Shown here: one piece after another, positions 11,494 to 24,038 of the stretch
How positions within the stretch are numbered: the stretch's first letter is position 1
How the letters are laid out: the number at the start of each line of letters is the position of its first letter
Origin: Trichosphaerium sp. ATCC 40318
Taxonomy: Eukaryota; Protista; Tubulinea
Reading direction: 5' to 3'
Length of the DNA: 64,000 nucleotides
Assembly: GCA_038496445.1 (NCBI GenBank)
Contig: JALMLS010000541.1
Coordinates: forward strand, 62,001-126,000
The notes under the pieces: generated by a model
Database searches by the model: none
The model's input: the letters and a program-made list of their open reading frames with translations, nothing else
What the model was told of the DNA's origin: nothing
Position numbers and translations under genes: made by a program

Positions 11494-14400
11494 TTAAGCT
11501 TTTTTTGAAAAGGTGTAGCGAACAGTAGGTCCATTAACATCTTCTCCTCCATCCAAGTTTTCATACGTAACCACAAGGTCAACATACTCCATTTTATTAG
11601 AACCTCTGATCAAGGCACTAATTCTAAAACGAAGAAATAAGAAAAAAACCTTTAACTCAAGCGAAAAAAAAAACCAAGAAAACTACGAACTTCTTTGGCA
11701 ATCTCTTCTTGTGTCCAGGCATAAAGGCAGCGTAAACCATCTTGACACCTTGTATAACACCTAATAATAAAAAAACATTAAATTAACTTATGCATACAAT
11801 TCAAAGAAACTTTTTTTTTGGAAATGAAGAAATGGTCACCTGTGACTTTAAGGTTATAACGACCCTTGAAGTAATTACAAAATTCTTCAAGAGTAGGATA
11901 TTCATCCTCACTAAATTGCCATTGATCCCATACAGTATAGTAAGAGTCTCCAGTAATCTTTGTCTATAAAACATGTCAACGTAAAATCAAGGTACACAAA
12001 AAACCTATTATCAAGTGAATGCCGTACCTTCTTTGGTGGCGCAGGCTCAGAAAGAGTCATTAAAGGAAGACCAAGGTTAACAAAAGCATTCTTGAAAGCT
12101 TCAAGTTTCAATCCAATAACCAATTTCATCAACTCAGTAGACACCTAAGCACGTGTTAACAAGATAGAAAATCCAAAAAAAAGAAAAAAAAAAGTACATA
12201 CAAGTCCAGCAACTGACGTTGTAGTTGTAGCTATAGCAGGAATAATACGTCCAGATATTCTCTTACACTCCATACGATCAGAAGGTTCAATACCGTAACA
12301 ACTTGCACGCAAGTTTGCAGCAGCAGTGATGAAATCAATATGGTGATTACTATCATCATCCTACATCAACAATAAGATTCTTGCATTGCGTTGTAGATAG
12401 ATTGCTTGGTACCTTTTCAAAGTCTTCTACTTGTGGTGTAAATGGCGCTAATCCCATGATATACTCCTTAAGAGAATTTAATGTTGTCTTGTATGCATCA
12501 TCATCTACAGGCTCTGCAACAGCTTCTTCCTTTCCTTTTGTTTCATCTGTTTCAATTTTCTTATTCTTTGGTTTCCATTCAGGCAATACAACGCTTTCGC
12601 AAGCCTAGCAAGGACTAGATAAATACATACGAACACACATCATCAATTTGACAAAATGATTGTTATGTCATTGGTGCTTATTGATGAGATGGAGACAAAG
12701 TTTGATGACTTACTTGTTTAATCAAGTTCAAATCAGTGCTTGTTTCAACATTAAAGATATGAGCATAGATTGAAGCAGTGCTTGTTACGAAATCCAAATG
12801 ATGTTTGTTATTGATATCAAAAACAAGTGGCGTAGGAGGACGCTTTGGTAATGTCCAGAACTTACCTATTCAAAAATGACGTTAGTACAATAAAAGAAAT
12901 CATTAAAGAACTACGTACTGCCGTCTTTTACACGCATATCTAGAGGAAATACATGAAGCAGATTCTTCATTGTTCTGAAGAAATATCCTTCAAACTTATG
13001 ACGCGCAAGTTGAACACAATCAGCGAAATTAGCTGGTCGTTTTTCGACATTTTTCAATACGAACTTGAGCGACTTAAAGAGCGGACGACTTTGACCAGAT
13101 TCGATGCCCTAAACAGTCACGTCACATCAATACTGCCTGGTTATAAAATGATGATGTGTACCTGTACATATTCTTCTGGATTACCGTAAAAAGAGGCAAG
13201 CTCAGAAGGCTTTCCAGCAAACAAAGACTCGAACTTATCACGTGCCCATTGGATACAATGATCAATTTTAGCTGGGAAAGATTTTATAGTACAGAAAGGT
13301 ACACCAACCTCTGGTGGATCACGTTGATCTTGGTACTAAACCGAAAGAGTCAGAATATAGTTTCATATTGCAATTGAAAATAATGGCATTTGTCAATGGA
13401 AAGGAGACCTTTCTCAAATTGGAGGGTGCGTACTGTTTCAGTGAGGTGCGGCATGATTACTTGTACATGAGCCTTAGTACCAAGAGTACCAGACTCGAGT
13501 AGAGGCTTGAGGTTCGTAATACAACGTTGATCTACATACATACGAGCCTACAATAAACAATAACATAAGTATTTGCTATCGAGTGTTTATACAAGTATAA
13601 ATTACCTGAACATTATCTAATGCATTTATAATAATATCTGTTGATTTGAAGAACGCATTATCATATTTACTCTCGGTCTTTGGTTCTATTCTGTCAAGAT
13701 TTGCATTGACCTTTAGACTTGGATTCATTGCCTTAGCAGCAGCCGCAGCAGTGCTCGATTTTGGAGACTATAATGAGTATTAGAATGGTATGTAATTAAC
13801 GTATAAATAAGGCGTACTTGGATATCTTTTTCGCGGAATAGAAATTGTCTATTAAGATTTGAAGTTTCAATAAGATCATTGTCTGTTAATGTAACTAGAC
13901 CGTTCTCTCCAGCGCCAATACCCATCATAGCATAATTCTTCATCATTTCACAACCAATAGCGCCAGCACCAATCTATAAATTGGTTACAAAGTCAAAAAA
14001 TATAAGAAGAAATTTGGAAAAAAGAGTTCTTTAGTACCATAAACACTTTTTGGTTCAACAATTTCTGGTTGACCTTATTACCAATACAAATTATTTGTGC
14101 ATCATATCTCGATTTAACAGGTGCATAATCGCTCATATCTTCTGGTATTTCAGCAGGTAAAAGTTCAGTACAGTCCAAATACAACTAACAAATAAGAAAG
14201 TAAGAAAAAAATAAGTAACAAACAGAAGAAAAACACTGCTGCACAAACACCAACGTACCCATTGCTTCAATGGAGTGAATTTACCGCTGCACGCTTTAAG
14301 AACTTCTTGACCAACAAATCCACCAAGGAAAGCAGTATTACCAATAATATTACCACGTGCAGTAAAAGAAAGATACTTAATTAATTTTTCATCTAATTTT

Positions 14401-15909
14401 TCAACCTTTGCTGCAGTGCGTGCATTGATCTCAGTGGCCTTGCTTAAAACAGTAGCTGCGTCTGTTTCATTCCACGGTTGAGGTAGTTCACCCTATTCAC
14501 ATGTTAGTTTCAGATTGAGCTGTAAAACAAACATACATTGTTTGATTGAGTGAAAGCATCTAAAGCCTGGAATGCTATATGTAGTTGTCCTGGAGCTTCC
14601 ATCTTTGCCCAATCTGTAGGATCCATCTCTGGTTTTTCAACTGACTCAGATAATGGCAACTTAAAAGGTACTTAGGTTTTTTTGGGACATTACAGGTTCT
14701 ACTTACGTGATCAACCTTCAATGTATCTTTTACTTGGTTACATAGACCACCTGATTCGTATTTACCAAACTTTGATACATCAGCATCAATAGCAAATGTA
14801 GTAGGTGTGAGAGACTTAATTCTATAAAAAAGAATTAATAGGTACACCAACCAATGGCGCAGAAAGATAAAAAACAAGTACAAACCTGAATAAATTATTC
14901 TTCGTCTCATCAAAGTTTAGCCCATCCATACCAACAATCTCAGTTAATTTCACCAAATCCCCATCTTCTAGGCCATGCATATGGTTTTCTAGACAAGTAA
15001 CAACAGAATTCTCACCATCCCTAGTCAGTCATTAGCTTCAATAATCAAAAAAAAAAAAAGACAAAGTTTTATTTTCAAAGTTCGCACTTTTTTATGTCAC
15101 TCAAATAGAACGATTTCAACTCCTCACCATCCTTATCATGCACTTCAAATCCTTGACGAGTTCTGTCAAATTACCGTAACGATCATGGAGTGCTTACCTT
15201 TGCCGAAATCGCTAAATGCCATAACGAATACACCACGCGTTTCTGCGCGTATGAATACAATGTTATTTTTGTGACAATACGCATCAATCTTTTCTGCGAC
15301 TTCATGCGTAGTATCTGTTACAACAACGCACTAATGAAAGCGTTAAATAGTGATGACATTTTCGTTTTTCGTTTAAAATCGTTCTTCAGTTAGAACGTAC
15401 TTGGTAGCCAGAGAGAACGTCCAAATTGGAAGCTAGGTCAACGTCTGAGGTATCAACTTTGCAGTATGGATTTAATTCAGCTATTTTAGCGTGGCTGATA
15501 GCAGCGCGATTTTTTCCAATGTCTACAGTGCGTTATAAATTAGCTGAGAGTCTTAATGTGCTATTCAGCTAATTACCTTGCTCGGTGATGAAATATTGCG
15601 TGGAGAGGTCCAGAAGGCTAGCTGGTTTCGTATCATGAATTGTCAGTTGTTTAACACCAGCGAGAGCAACATTTTTTGCTAGAGTGCTGTAAGAATACCA
15701 AACACTATAGGAATAACGCGTGTGCGTATTAAACGCTTTTAGTTTATAACTTTACCTATTTCTACACCTAAACCGCCTAAACCGCTCAGGAACACGCGTG
15801 ACTTCGTCATTTTGTTCATTGCACGTAACCCCACAACGTATAACTGCCTACTGTAGCGATCAAAGAAATCAGCTGGCTTTGTCTCTTCTGCATTGTCGGT
15901 CGATGTCAT
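11494..15909 (-). CDS. UBA6: Ubiquitin-activating enzyme E1, UBA6-type, many exons (start may lie slightly upstream)
   Basis: [46 protein letters not shown], catalytic [17 protein letters not shown]...QWARDKFE, and UFD tail [17 protein letters not shown]...YVDLVV...GPTVRYTF. The last two resemble UBA6 more than UBA1 (comparison from memory). Confidence 0.88.
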
Positions 15910-16125
15910 TGGTTCGTGTGTCAATTTACGTTTTTTAACGGCCCTTCCTTCGTCTGTAAGTGTAGTTTCCACCTTGAAAAATGTTTTTCTGAACAAAACC
16001 CATTTACGCAGTTTGACTTGGTAATCCTGAATCACACGTCAAGCTTGACACCATAACAAACAACTCAAGGTGTTATTACCAAAGTTCGTTTTTTGTAGAC
16101 TTGCACTGGTAATAAAATGTTTTAT

Positions 16126-17661
16126 TTAGTCGTTTTTAGCCTCCTTTGCTGCCTTTTCTTCCTCTGTTTCCTCGTTGTAAGCAAGTAAATTCTTTACATC
16201 ACCCATAACAACAGCTAACAAGAAAGAACCTCCAATACAAGCTGGTACAAGGTACAATAGAGCAGGCTACAAAGAAAATATGTCAGAAATCATTAATTGA
16301 AAGGATAACTAAGTTGTTGTACCTGAGCATGTTTGAAAAAGTGCATGACACCAATAGTAGTAATCAAACCAAGAGCGTATGAGATGAAGGTAACCCAAAA
16401 GTATGTTTTGGAGAAAGAAGCTTTCATTCCTTGGCGGAATCTATCATAACGGAGAAGAAGTGCTACAAAGACACCTATATCATACTTTTTTAGATGCTGT
16501 AGAACAAGGCGAGGTATAATACGCACCTGGAATAACGATATCACCCAAACCAAGCATGGAAAATTGAAATATCTCATCAGGACCAGCAAATATGTTCTTT
16601 GGGAAGAGTAGTTTGATAGGAGCATCAAATTTCTTTGCAACGGTAACCATGACATCAGTACCGAATACCCAGAAGATATCATAAAAGAACAAACCGCCCT
16701 AATGCCGTAACGTCAACAATAAAAAAAAAATAAAAGAAAAGTGTCATATTTAAATTTGAGTTCGTGTTGCGCTGAACAGGCTTCACGCCGACCTGCGGTC
16801 TGTGTGATGCAATTGATCGATAGGAAACGTACCAATAGGATACAACCGACGCTGTACTTTCCAAGAGAGATCAAAGCAATAGCTTGAACGCAAAAGGCGA
16901 GTCCGAGAATGTTGTTTGCAATCCAGTGTTTTGTTACGTAATACCATCCACATAGAGCAAGAGCAATAACAAAAGCCATGAGATCAATAGCATCAATGGT
17001 AATTTCAGTAGGTTCTATAGCGCGTGAGCAAAGTTATGGCGATATAAAAATAAGAAAAAGTCGACAAGGACGGATTTTCTTTTTTTTTCGGAATAAAGCG
17101 GTTTTTATGTACCAGTACATCCTGGGAAGGTCATTTTGGTATTTACGAAACCACTCTTCTTTTGTTGTTCTGTTCTCTCTGATGAACCATAAAATAACTG
17201 CCTGTGACGTGTAAATCAAAAAATCATCAAAAAGCGGTTAAATGTGTCGATTAAGCATGTCATTGACGTTTGGGTAGCGTGTGGAAAGTTTTTGACAAGT
17301 AGGTACCTCAATGCTCCGTCAGCAAGGCCATAAACCATAAAAAGCGCCAATAACACGAAATAGCACGTCAAGAGGAAGTTGATGTACTCCTCTTTGAAGA
17401 GTTTGAACACCATGTACAATCCAAACAAAACGCAGCTTCCAAACACTGGAAACATCCAAGCGTCTTTGGAGCTCATTTTTTCAACGAGCTAGAAGATTTT
17501 AAGTTAATTTCAACCAAAACAAGCCTATATGGTATTACCTTGTTCTGCATTAACGAGACGTGGGATCCAAAGTAAATTGGAATGAGTGCCATACTAATGA
17601 TGGCTCCATAGGCCGCGAGCAAGTCAGGATCATCAAGTAACTCCTTAAACGCTTGTTCCAT
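16126..17661 (-). CDS. SPP: Signal peptide peptidase (presenilin-type aspartyl intramembrane protease), multi-exon
   Basis: Catalytic YD (FYDIFWVFGTDVMVTVAK), GLGD (FSMLGLGDIVIPG) and QPALLYLVP motifs. Confidence 0.93.
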
Positions 17662-18077
17662 GTTAGCGGGCTGCGTTTTAACGCTGTTTAAATTAGTCAA
17701 ATGTGGTCTCCAGTGTTTAATTTGACGTTTCACAGCTAGAACTCATGCAAGTTGTTCTACTAAATTCGTGTGATGTTCGATTACAAAAATTGGCGTCAGC
17801 TAGCGATAAATTTGGTCTATTAGTCGGAAAAGTACTGCAAACGCTTTTATTACGCATTGATTTAGTTTACAGATACGCAGAAAACAAGTTTGGTGTGTAG
17901 ATATTGTACCAACACCAAAAGGTTCGTTAACATCTCAAAATAGCTCTCATTGAGTGTACTAAGGTAAAGGCGGCACTATACAAACCTCGTGGCTCTTGGC
18001 ACATGCCAAACAAGTTCGTTAAAAAACTTTGTGAAACGCAAAGGAAGTTTACTTTTTCTTTCCACTAGGTATCTCAA

Positions 18078-19625
18078 ATGTGTTGTGGAGGGCTATCTGT
18101 TATCGGTATTTGTTTCAGTACTTCTAGTAGTACTGCGAAGAGTGTCGGTGTGTCTATACAAAGCAAATGTGAAAGGCTACATCAGATGTTATCGAAGGTA
18201 GCTACTTTCTTTGAATGTATTCCAACAGTTGATGTTTTGCTATTAGTGTAGATCAAGTGTTTTACCTCCTCTAGACAGACGATGTATATCTTGTTTATGT
18301 CATACGGATAATAGGCAGTATCCTTTTTTTTTCTCATCCTATGCAGCCCACGTGATTTTGTTCTTTAACGAGAGATGGACCTGTTTTTAAATTGCATAGT
18401 TTTGGCTCTGATCGGTCACTGAAAATACAGAAGCCTCAAATATGCACAATACAACGTAAGAATTTCTTACCTAGCTTGAGAATAATAACATCATCATGGC
18501 CTGTATATTTTCAGGTACCTATGGTAAAGTGAGTAACATACGTTATTTGATGTGGTAGCTAATATTTCTGCTAAGATCGAATAGCACTGTGCAACAACAA
18601 ATTGAAGTACGTATTCTGTTTTGGTTGTACGTTTTCCAAACTCAGTCTTTTACATAGAATGCTACCAATGAATATATCAAGGTAATAAGCAATTCTTTGG
18701 CAGTTATTGATGGAACACTACTGAGCGGTAACGAGCTCAAACAACCTCTGGTGAAGTTGAAAAAAATCAACGCAGTTCTGTTTACGTTAAGTTTAGAAAA
18801 AATCTTGGTTTGACAGCGATGGTGTTGCTCATGTACAATTTATTTCATCCTTAAATACATGCTCTAATAGAATAAGCAAAAAATGCAAGGGTACATTTTC
18901 TATAAATACGTTGATAAGCTCTCGAACATATGTTTTCGATAAAACGAATGTAGAAGCTGTTATAAAGGTAGGTGTTTTATTTGTTAGTGTTAACACTCTC
19001 TAAACAGTTTTATTAGTCAGTTCAAAGTGATATCATCACAAGTTTTCTAGCAAGGCTAAGTGTATTTTTTGATGAGCTTGAGAGTATTGAGATAGAAGAA
19101 CCTGAGGATGAAGTTCAAACAGAAAACAAACGAGTGTCAAAACAAAAATTTTACAATCCGTTCAAAAGAAAGGCACCCTCAATGCCAAGTGCATATTGGG
19201 GTCTCCCACGTAGAGTTTATATATCATCTAAAAGTGATGCGGGTCAATTTTATTGTGACTATGCTGGAGTAGAAGACGAAACAGAGGTGAAATAATTTAC
19301 TCAACAAGAATGTGTGCTGATTTTTTTACATAGGATGTTTTGTCTCGATGCAAGTCTATCCTTTCTATTAATCTTAACACTGATGATATCAATCATTTAG
19401 AACCACCAATATCTACTTCTAGTACGCTACTAAGACCAAGTACATCTTTACTGAGTTTCTTTATTAGTACAACTCGCAGATTTAGTTCAAGTTGAGGATA
19501 AGTCGTCTTCAACTAAAGATGTTATTCCACATAAAGTGAAGAGTTCCAGATTCCTTAAAATCGCTTTGGCTATCATTGTTGCTTTCACATCCATATTATT
19601 CTATTATTTGTATAAGTACTTATAA
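18078..19625 (+). CDS. Hypothetical intron-rich protein with C-terminal transmembrane anchor (start uncertain)
   Basis: Several short GT-AG-bounded exons. The terminal exon encodes RFLKIALAIIVAFTSILFYYLYKYL*. Confidence 0.4.
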
Positions 19626-20046
19626 ATAAATAGCCAACAACCTTAGTAAACAAAAATTTGTTTGCCATGGTTTGGTCGTATACTGTATTAATGGTGAACC
19701 TACGATAACCACGTGATTGCTTGATGGTAGTGTTGCATCCAAGTTCTAGCTGCGTGCAACATTTTGTAGTGACAACATGCGTTGGTTTTTATTAATTATA
19801 TTTATATTCCCTTAAAAGTCGTCTTTACTACCGTTTTGTATTTACATCTAACTTAGAACGTTTGAACACATCATGGAAATTACAACAAGGAGACTTGATT
19901 ACTTCTAGTTCTCGCGATGTCGCACAGTAGGGTTGTAGCGGTTTGGTATTCAGCGAATACTTGGCAAAACTTTTGAGTTTTCTGCAGTGACAGTCTAGAA
20001 ATTACTCACGTTTCAAAAGTAGTTCTACTTATTGTATTCGGAAAAC

Positions 20047-20800
20047 ATGGACGTATGCACAGGGAATGATCTTCCAATTGAGCTGTTGTACCTTATATTT
20101 GGTTGTAATGGTCCAATTGACCTAAAAACGTTTTACAATCTATCACTAGTGTGCCAAGAATGGCGTACGCTTGTATCGGATTCATAGTACGTTTAAGCTG
20201 TTACATCTACCTTTATTACGCGTTAAAAAGCACCAATAACCATAACAATTATTGTTATTTACAACTGGCTCCGTTAAAAACCTTCTCAAATAGTTTGTTA
20301 ATTGTCGTATAACTTAGCTAAGGTTATAGGACGAGTTGTTGCAGGTACGAGGTAAGGAGAATTCTGTATTTATTAAATTTATTACATTTAGGAACTTCGT
20401 TATCTGAATAACGAATGACGTATATGAAGTATTCATATACGACAGTATGGCATTTTACACTTCAATTTGGTCTGTTTCTAACGTGTTTAAACAGCTTTCT
20501 AAATCAACATTTACTTTATCAGAAGAATCGGCTGGTTTTGTTATTCAGTTAGCCAAAATTGTTGGTGAGAGTCTAGATAGCTGGATATAACAGATTGCAG
20601 GTAGAAAATCTATACTTTTAGATAAATACAAACCCGTTGGTTTACCGTCACATTTAGATTCTTTTAAGATGCCCAACTGGATACTGTACACGTGTTTTTT
20701 TTTTGGCTTCTGTATTTCTTACTTTTTTACCAGGTTTTCGACGCTTGTCCAAACCTTGTTAGTGTGAATCTGAGTGGATGTCGTCCATAAATTGCTTGAC
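20047..20800 (+). pseudogene. Degraded F-box/LRR gene
   Basis: MDVCTGNDLPIELLYLIF...LSLVCQEWRTLV (F-box) and a later CPNLVSVNLSGC LRR fragment followed by in-frame stops. Confidence 0.55.
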
Positions 20801-21027
20801 TGCATTCACTTCTCTATGTAAACTCTGTACCGCTGTGGAAGTACGTCATAAAGAAATACAATAAATTTAACTCCCAGTGCGTAGAAGTTAACACTATGTG
20901 ACCTCAAGTTCACAAGTATAACATTGAACAAGCTGCTCAAAAACTACACAAATTTAACATATCTAAATAGTTTACTTTGAAGATACATAGATTTACACTC
21001 ATACAATTTACATCGGAGTTTAAAGAT

Positions 21028-21950
21028 TCAAGCTGGAATTAGTCTACAATTGCGGTATATTGTACCCCGGTAAATAAACCAAGGATATTCTTCGCCTTCT
21101 AGGCAATCAGCTTGCTCAATATTTTCGAGTAAGCCTTTCCAGCACGACAGGTTCACGGTGTAAGAAGTGATATTTGTTGGATTTAGAGCGCTGTCAATTT
21201 TAGTGAGGATTCCTCCGTTATTGCTGAGACCCCATATAGCGCCGTTACAAAAACTTAAACCATTAGTTTCGAGATTTGATTTTACTAATGTCCAACTTCC
21301 ATCTGAATCACGAAAATATAAGTCAGTACTTTGGCTAAGAGCAAAGACTTTTCCATCAGGATCAACAGCGGTCTGATACATGTCTATATCTGAATTCTAC
21401 ACAATGGTGAGTATGCTTTTTTGGTAGAAACAGTGTAAGTAGGCTTACATATGTCCATTGGTTGTCCCAGTGATAAAGAAAACTATTGAAACCGACACCC
21501 CATAATGTACCAGCATCTGTTGCGGATAACGTGAGCAGTTGTCCTGATAAGTATACCCAATGGGTACCCTGTGGTAGTTGTGGCTGGTAAAGAAAGTAAG
21601 CACCACTTGTAGTAATTAAAACAAAGTTTGTAATGTACCGTTACACCAGCTCTTCGGTAGACCTTTGTGTCTGTTCCTATTGCAAACACGTGTTGTGATG
21701 ACGCATGAATTGAGTGCATCCTTCCGGGGATTTGCACCCAGCCCACATTGTTTATTAACACGTACACCCAATAGTTGTATGCTACCACATAGGTACCAAG
21801 CGTAGATCTCGACATTTGTCTAGCTCCGATGTGGTGAGGGAACCTGTAAAGTGGATCGCATTGAAGCATTTTCAAATCGCGTGTAGTGTAGCTTGATACA
21901 AGTGCAGCGAAACTGATAAAACATAATAAAGCAAGGAAGAGGTGCTTCAT
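21028..21950 (-). CDS. Secreted tectonin-like (TECPR-type beta-propeller, lectin-like) protein, copy A1, 3 exons
   Basis: Signal peptide MKHLFLALLCFISFAALVSS, then repeats of type W-x-x-IPG-x-M/L-x-x-I...VFAIGTD-x-KVYRR and W-G-V-x-x-N. Paralogous to three other copies in the window. Confidence 0.72.
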
Positions 21951-22329
21951 GGTTGTTGGTATGAATTGAATGGTTGAAATTGTATGTTAACACAAACACT
22001 GTGATTCAATTTGTTTTGTTCTCGTAAAACCACGAGGATGGTAGCATAAACATCAGTCTAGTACAACATGTTTATAACTTGTAATTGAGAAGTAGTTGTG
22101 TTTTTTATTTGGAGTTCTTACTCCTAACACTACGGTAATTGGTAGAATACCAAAGAAATACCATAGTAGTTGATAGATTATGTTTGTTGTTTTGTTTCCC
22201 ATTCAGCAAAAATCCTACATAGTATTTCGTTCCAACACGCAGTTAACAAAACTGCGTATGTTAAATTGGTGTTGAGTTATTTTTGACTTTTTCAAAGCCC
22301 TAGCGAGAAAGTACGTTTGTGTAAATTAA

Positions 22330-24038
22330 GGGCGTTCTCCTGGATTAAGAGAATAGCTTGAAATTTGCCAATTTTTACACTGGTTATTCTACCCATATAG
22401 GGCTTCCTCCTTTGAGCTCGAGAGCAACACAGGTTGCCTTTAAAAAATGCACAAAAAAACCCTGTTTAAACTCACTTTACATTTCCGAAAACACTCTAAA
22501 ACATATTTCACCACACTATAAACGCGTTTTAGACGATTTTACATCATTTCTTAGTATAAAACCAGTATTCAAACTTCAGTTTTGGTTTTTATGCTTTCCA
22601 TAGCGATGGTGATAATATACCAGAGTTCAACGCCAATTCAACTGTGTGTAAAAAAGAAAAATTACTAAATTAAGATTTCACTTTCTAAAATAAGAAATTC
22701 AATCTTTAAACCTTATATTCGAAGCCAAAACCTTTTGAAATCATACCAAATGGGTGTGGATGCTTTATTGGTAAGTTTTTAGAGCAATACAAGGAGGTGT
22801 AACAAAGCCAAAAAAACAACCAAACTTCAGCAAATACATACCCTAAACTGTATATTCGAAGCTGAATTTAGTTTTACTGCTTCTACTTAGTGTGTTTTAT
22901 GTATAGGATGAGTATCATTACTATTGGAGGAGGTGTAAAATAGTCAATATGAATCCTAGAGAACATAAATAGTTAGAGGGCTCAATAGACAACTGACAAA
23001 GACTTTATTTAAAAAAGTATACAATTAGGTAATTCAATATCTTTAAAGCTATGGCCAACACATACACCTGTTTGATAACATTGGTTTCTGCTCAAGTTAA
23101 CAACAGCAGGTTCAAAAGTAATGTGGTCACAATTAAAGCACACTTTGTTATGGCATAGGTGACTACCATCAAGCTTACTTCTATTGTAGCCAGACCAAAC
23201 AATGTACTTGTCATCTCCAATAAACCCTTTTGCCTCAGTATAAATGGTTATCCCGGCTTTACAGTACATTGCCAAGTGATGTAATTTATACATTTTGCCA
23301 TTAAGCCTAGCCCTAGAGTAGCCATTATCATCCAGTTTTTTGTTTGCAGTAAGTTCAAAGCAACCATTGTCTAACATGAAACATTAATATTGAATTATAA
23401 AAAGTTAGAGGTCTCATAAGAAAACCACCGAGGACTCATAAAATAAATAAAAAAAAATTTCTTTATACCTGTTATCTTGTAGTTTCTCTTGAGTAGTGCA
23501 AGCTTGAGCCTAGCAATTTCAAGAGGAACAAGCCTCAAGTCTTTGGCTAAAAACCTTTGTTGTTCATGGAATTCATACATTGGCCGCTGGAAAAACTTGC
23601 TCCTTTGGTACATAATGTCATCTAAACTTTGTCGAGAACCTTGATAAGAATAAAGTCTTGGCATTCTCTTAATAGTAGGTAATCTTGCAAGTAGTTCTCC
23701 TGGTTTATCCATTTGATGTTGATTAGGTGGTTCTGTAGGTGTTATGGATTAAGTTACGCACCTGTTACCATATTCCGTGAGCTGGCGTTATTTCCGCTCT
23801 TTATTCCGCTTAATTACATACTTAGAGGGCTCATAAGGAAACTACAGTAGACCAAACATAATTAGCGGGTAATAGCTGTAATTATACCGCCAATTACTCC
23901 ACGAACATACGAATTCGCTTATTGGAGAAATAGGCGGTATAATTACACCCGCAAATTGCCCCGCTCTCGACCATGTGCACGTGCGTTATGATTTAACGCT
24001 GCCAATGGTCATACGAAGTAAAAACTTAGAGGACGCCC
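22330..24038 (-). mobile_element. 1,709-bp TIR element with TTAA target-site duplication (Kolobok-like ends, non-autonomous) carrying a His-Cys box endonuclease gene
   Basis: TTAA at 22326-22329 and 24039-24042. Termini GGGCGTTCTC and (reverse complement) GGGCGTCCTC match 9/10. The paralogous locus has the flanks joined over a single TTAA at 54867-54870. Confidence 0.85.
23009..23712 (-). CDS. His-Cys box (I-PpoI-like, His-Me finger) endonuclease, about 201 aa, 2 exons
   Basis: Exon 1 23712-23469, intron 23468-23371 (GTATAA...TTAG), exon 2 23370-23009 join in frame (KIT-D-NGCFEL). Motifs GC, NGY, LHHL and SHLCHNKVCFNCDHITFEPAVVNLSRNQC...CVGH...CI. Confidence 0.88.

Noticed and set aside
22330-24038. 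Group I intron or rDNA context for the His-Cys box gene
   Set aside because: No rRNA sequence flanks it and I found no group I core motifs. The boundaries are TIRs with a TTAA duplication.
22330-24038. piggyBac assignment based on TTAA
   Set aside because: Ends begin GGG rather than CC and no piggyBac transposase remnant is visible.
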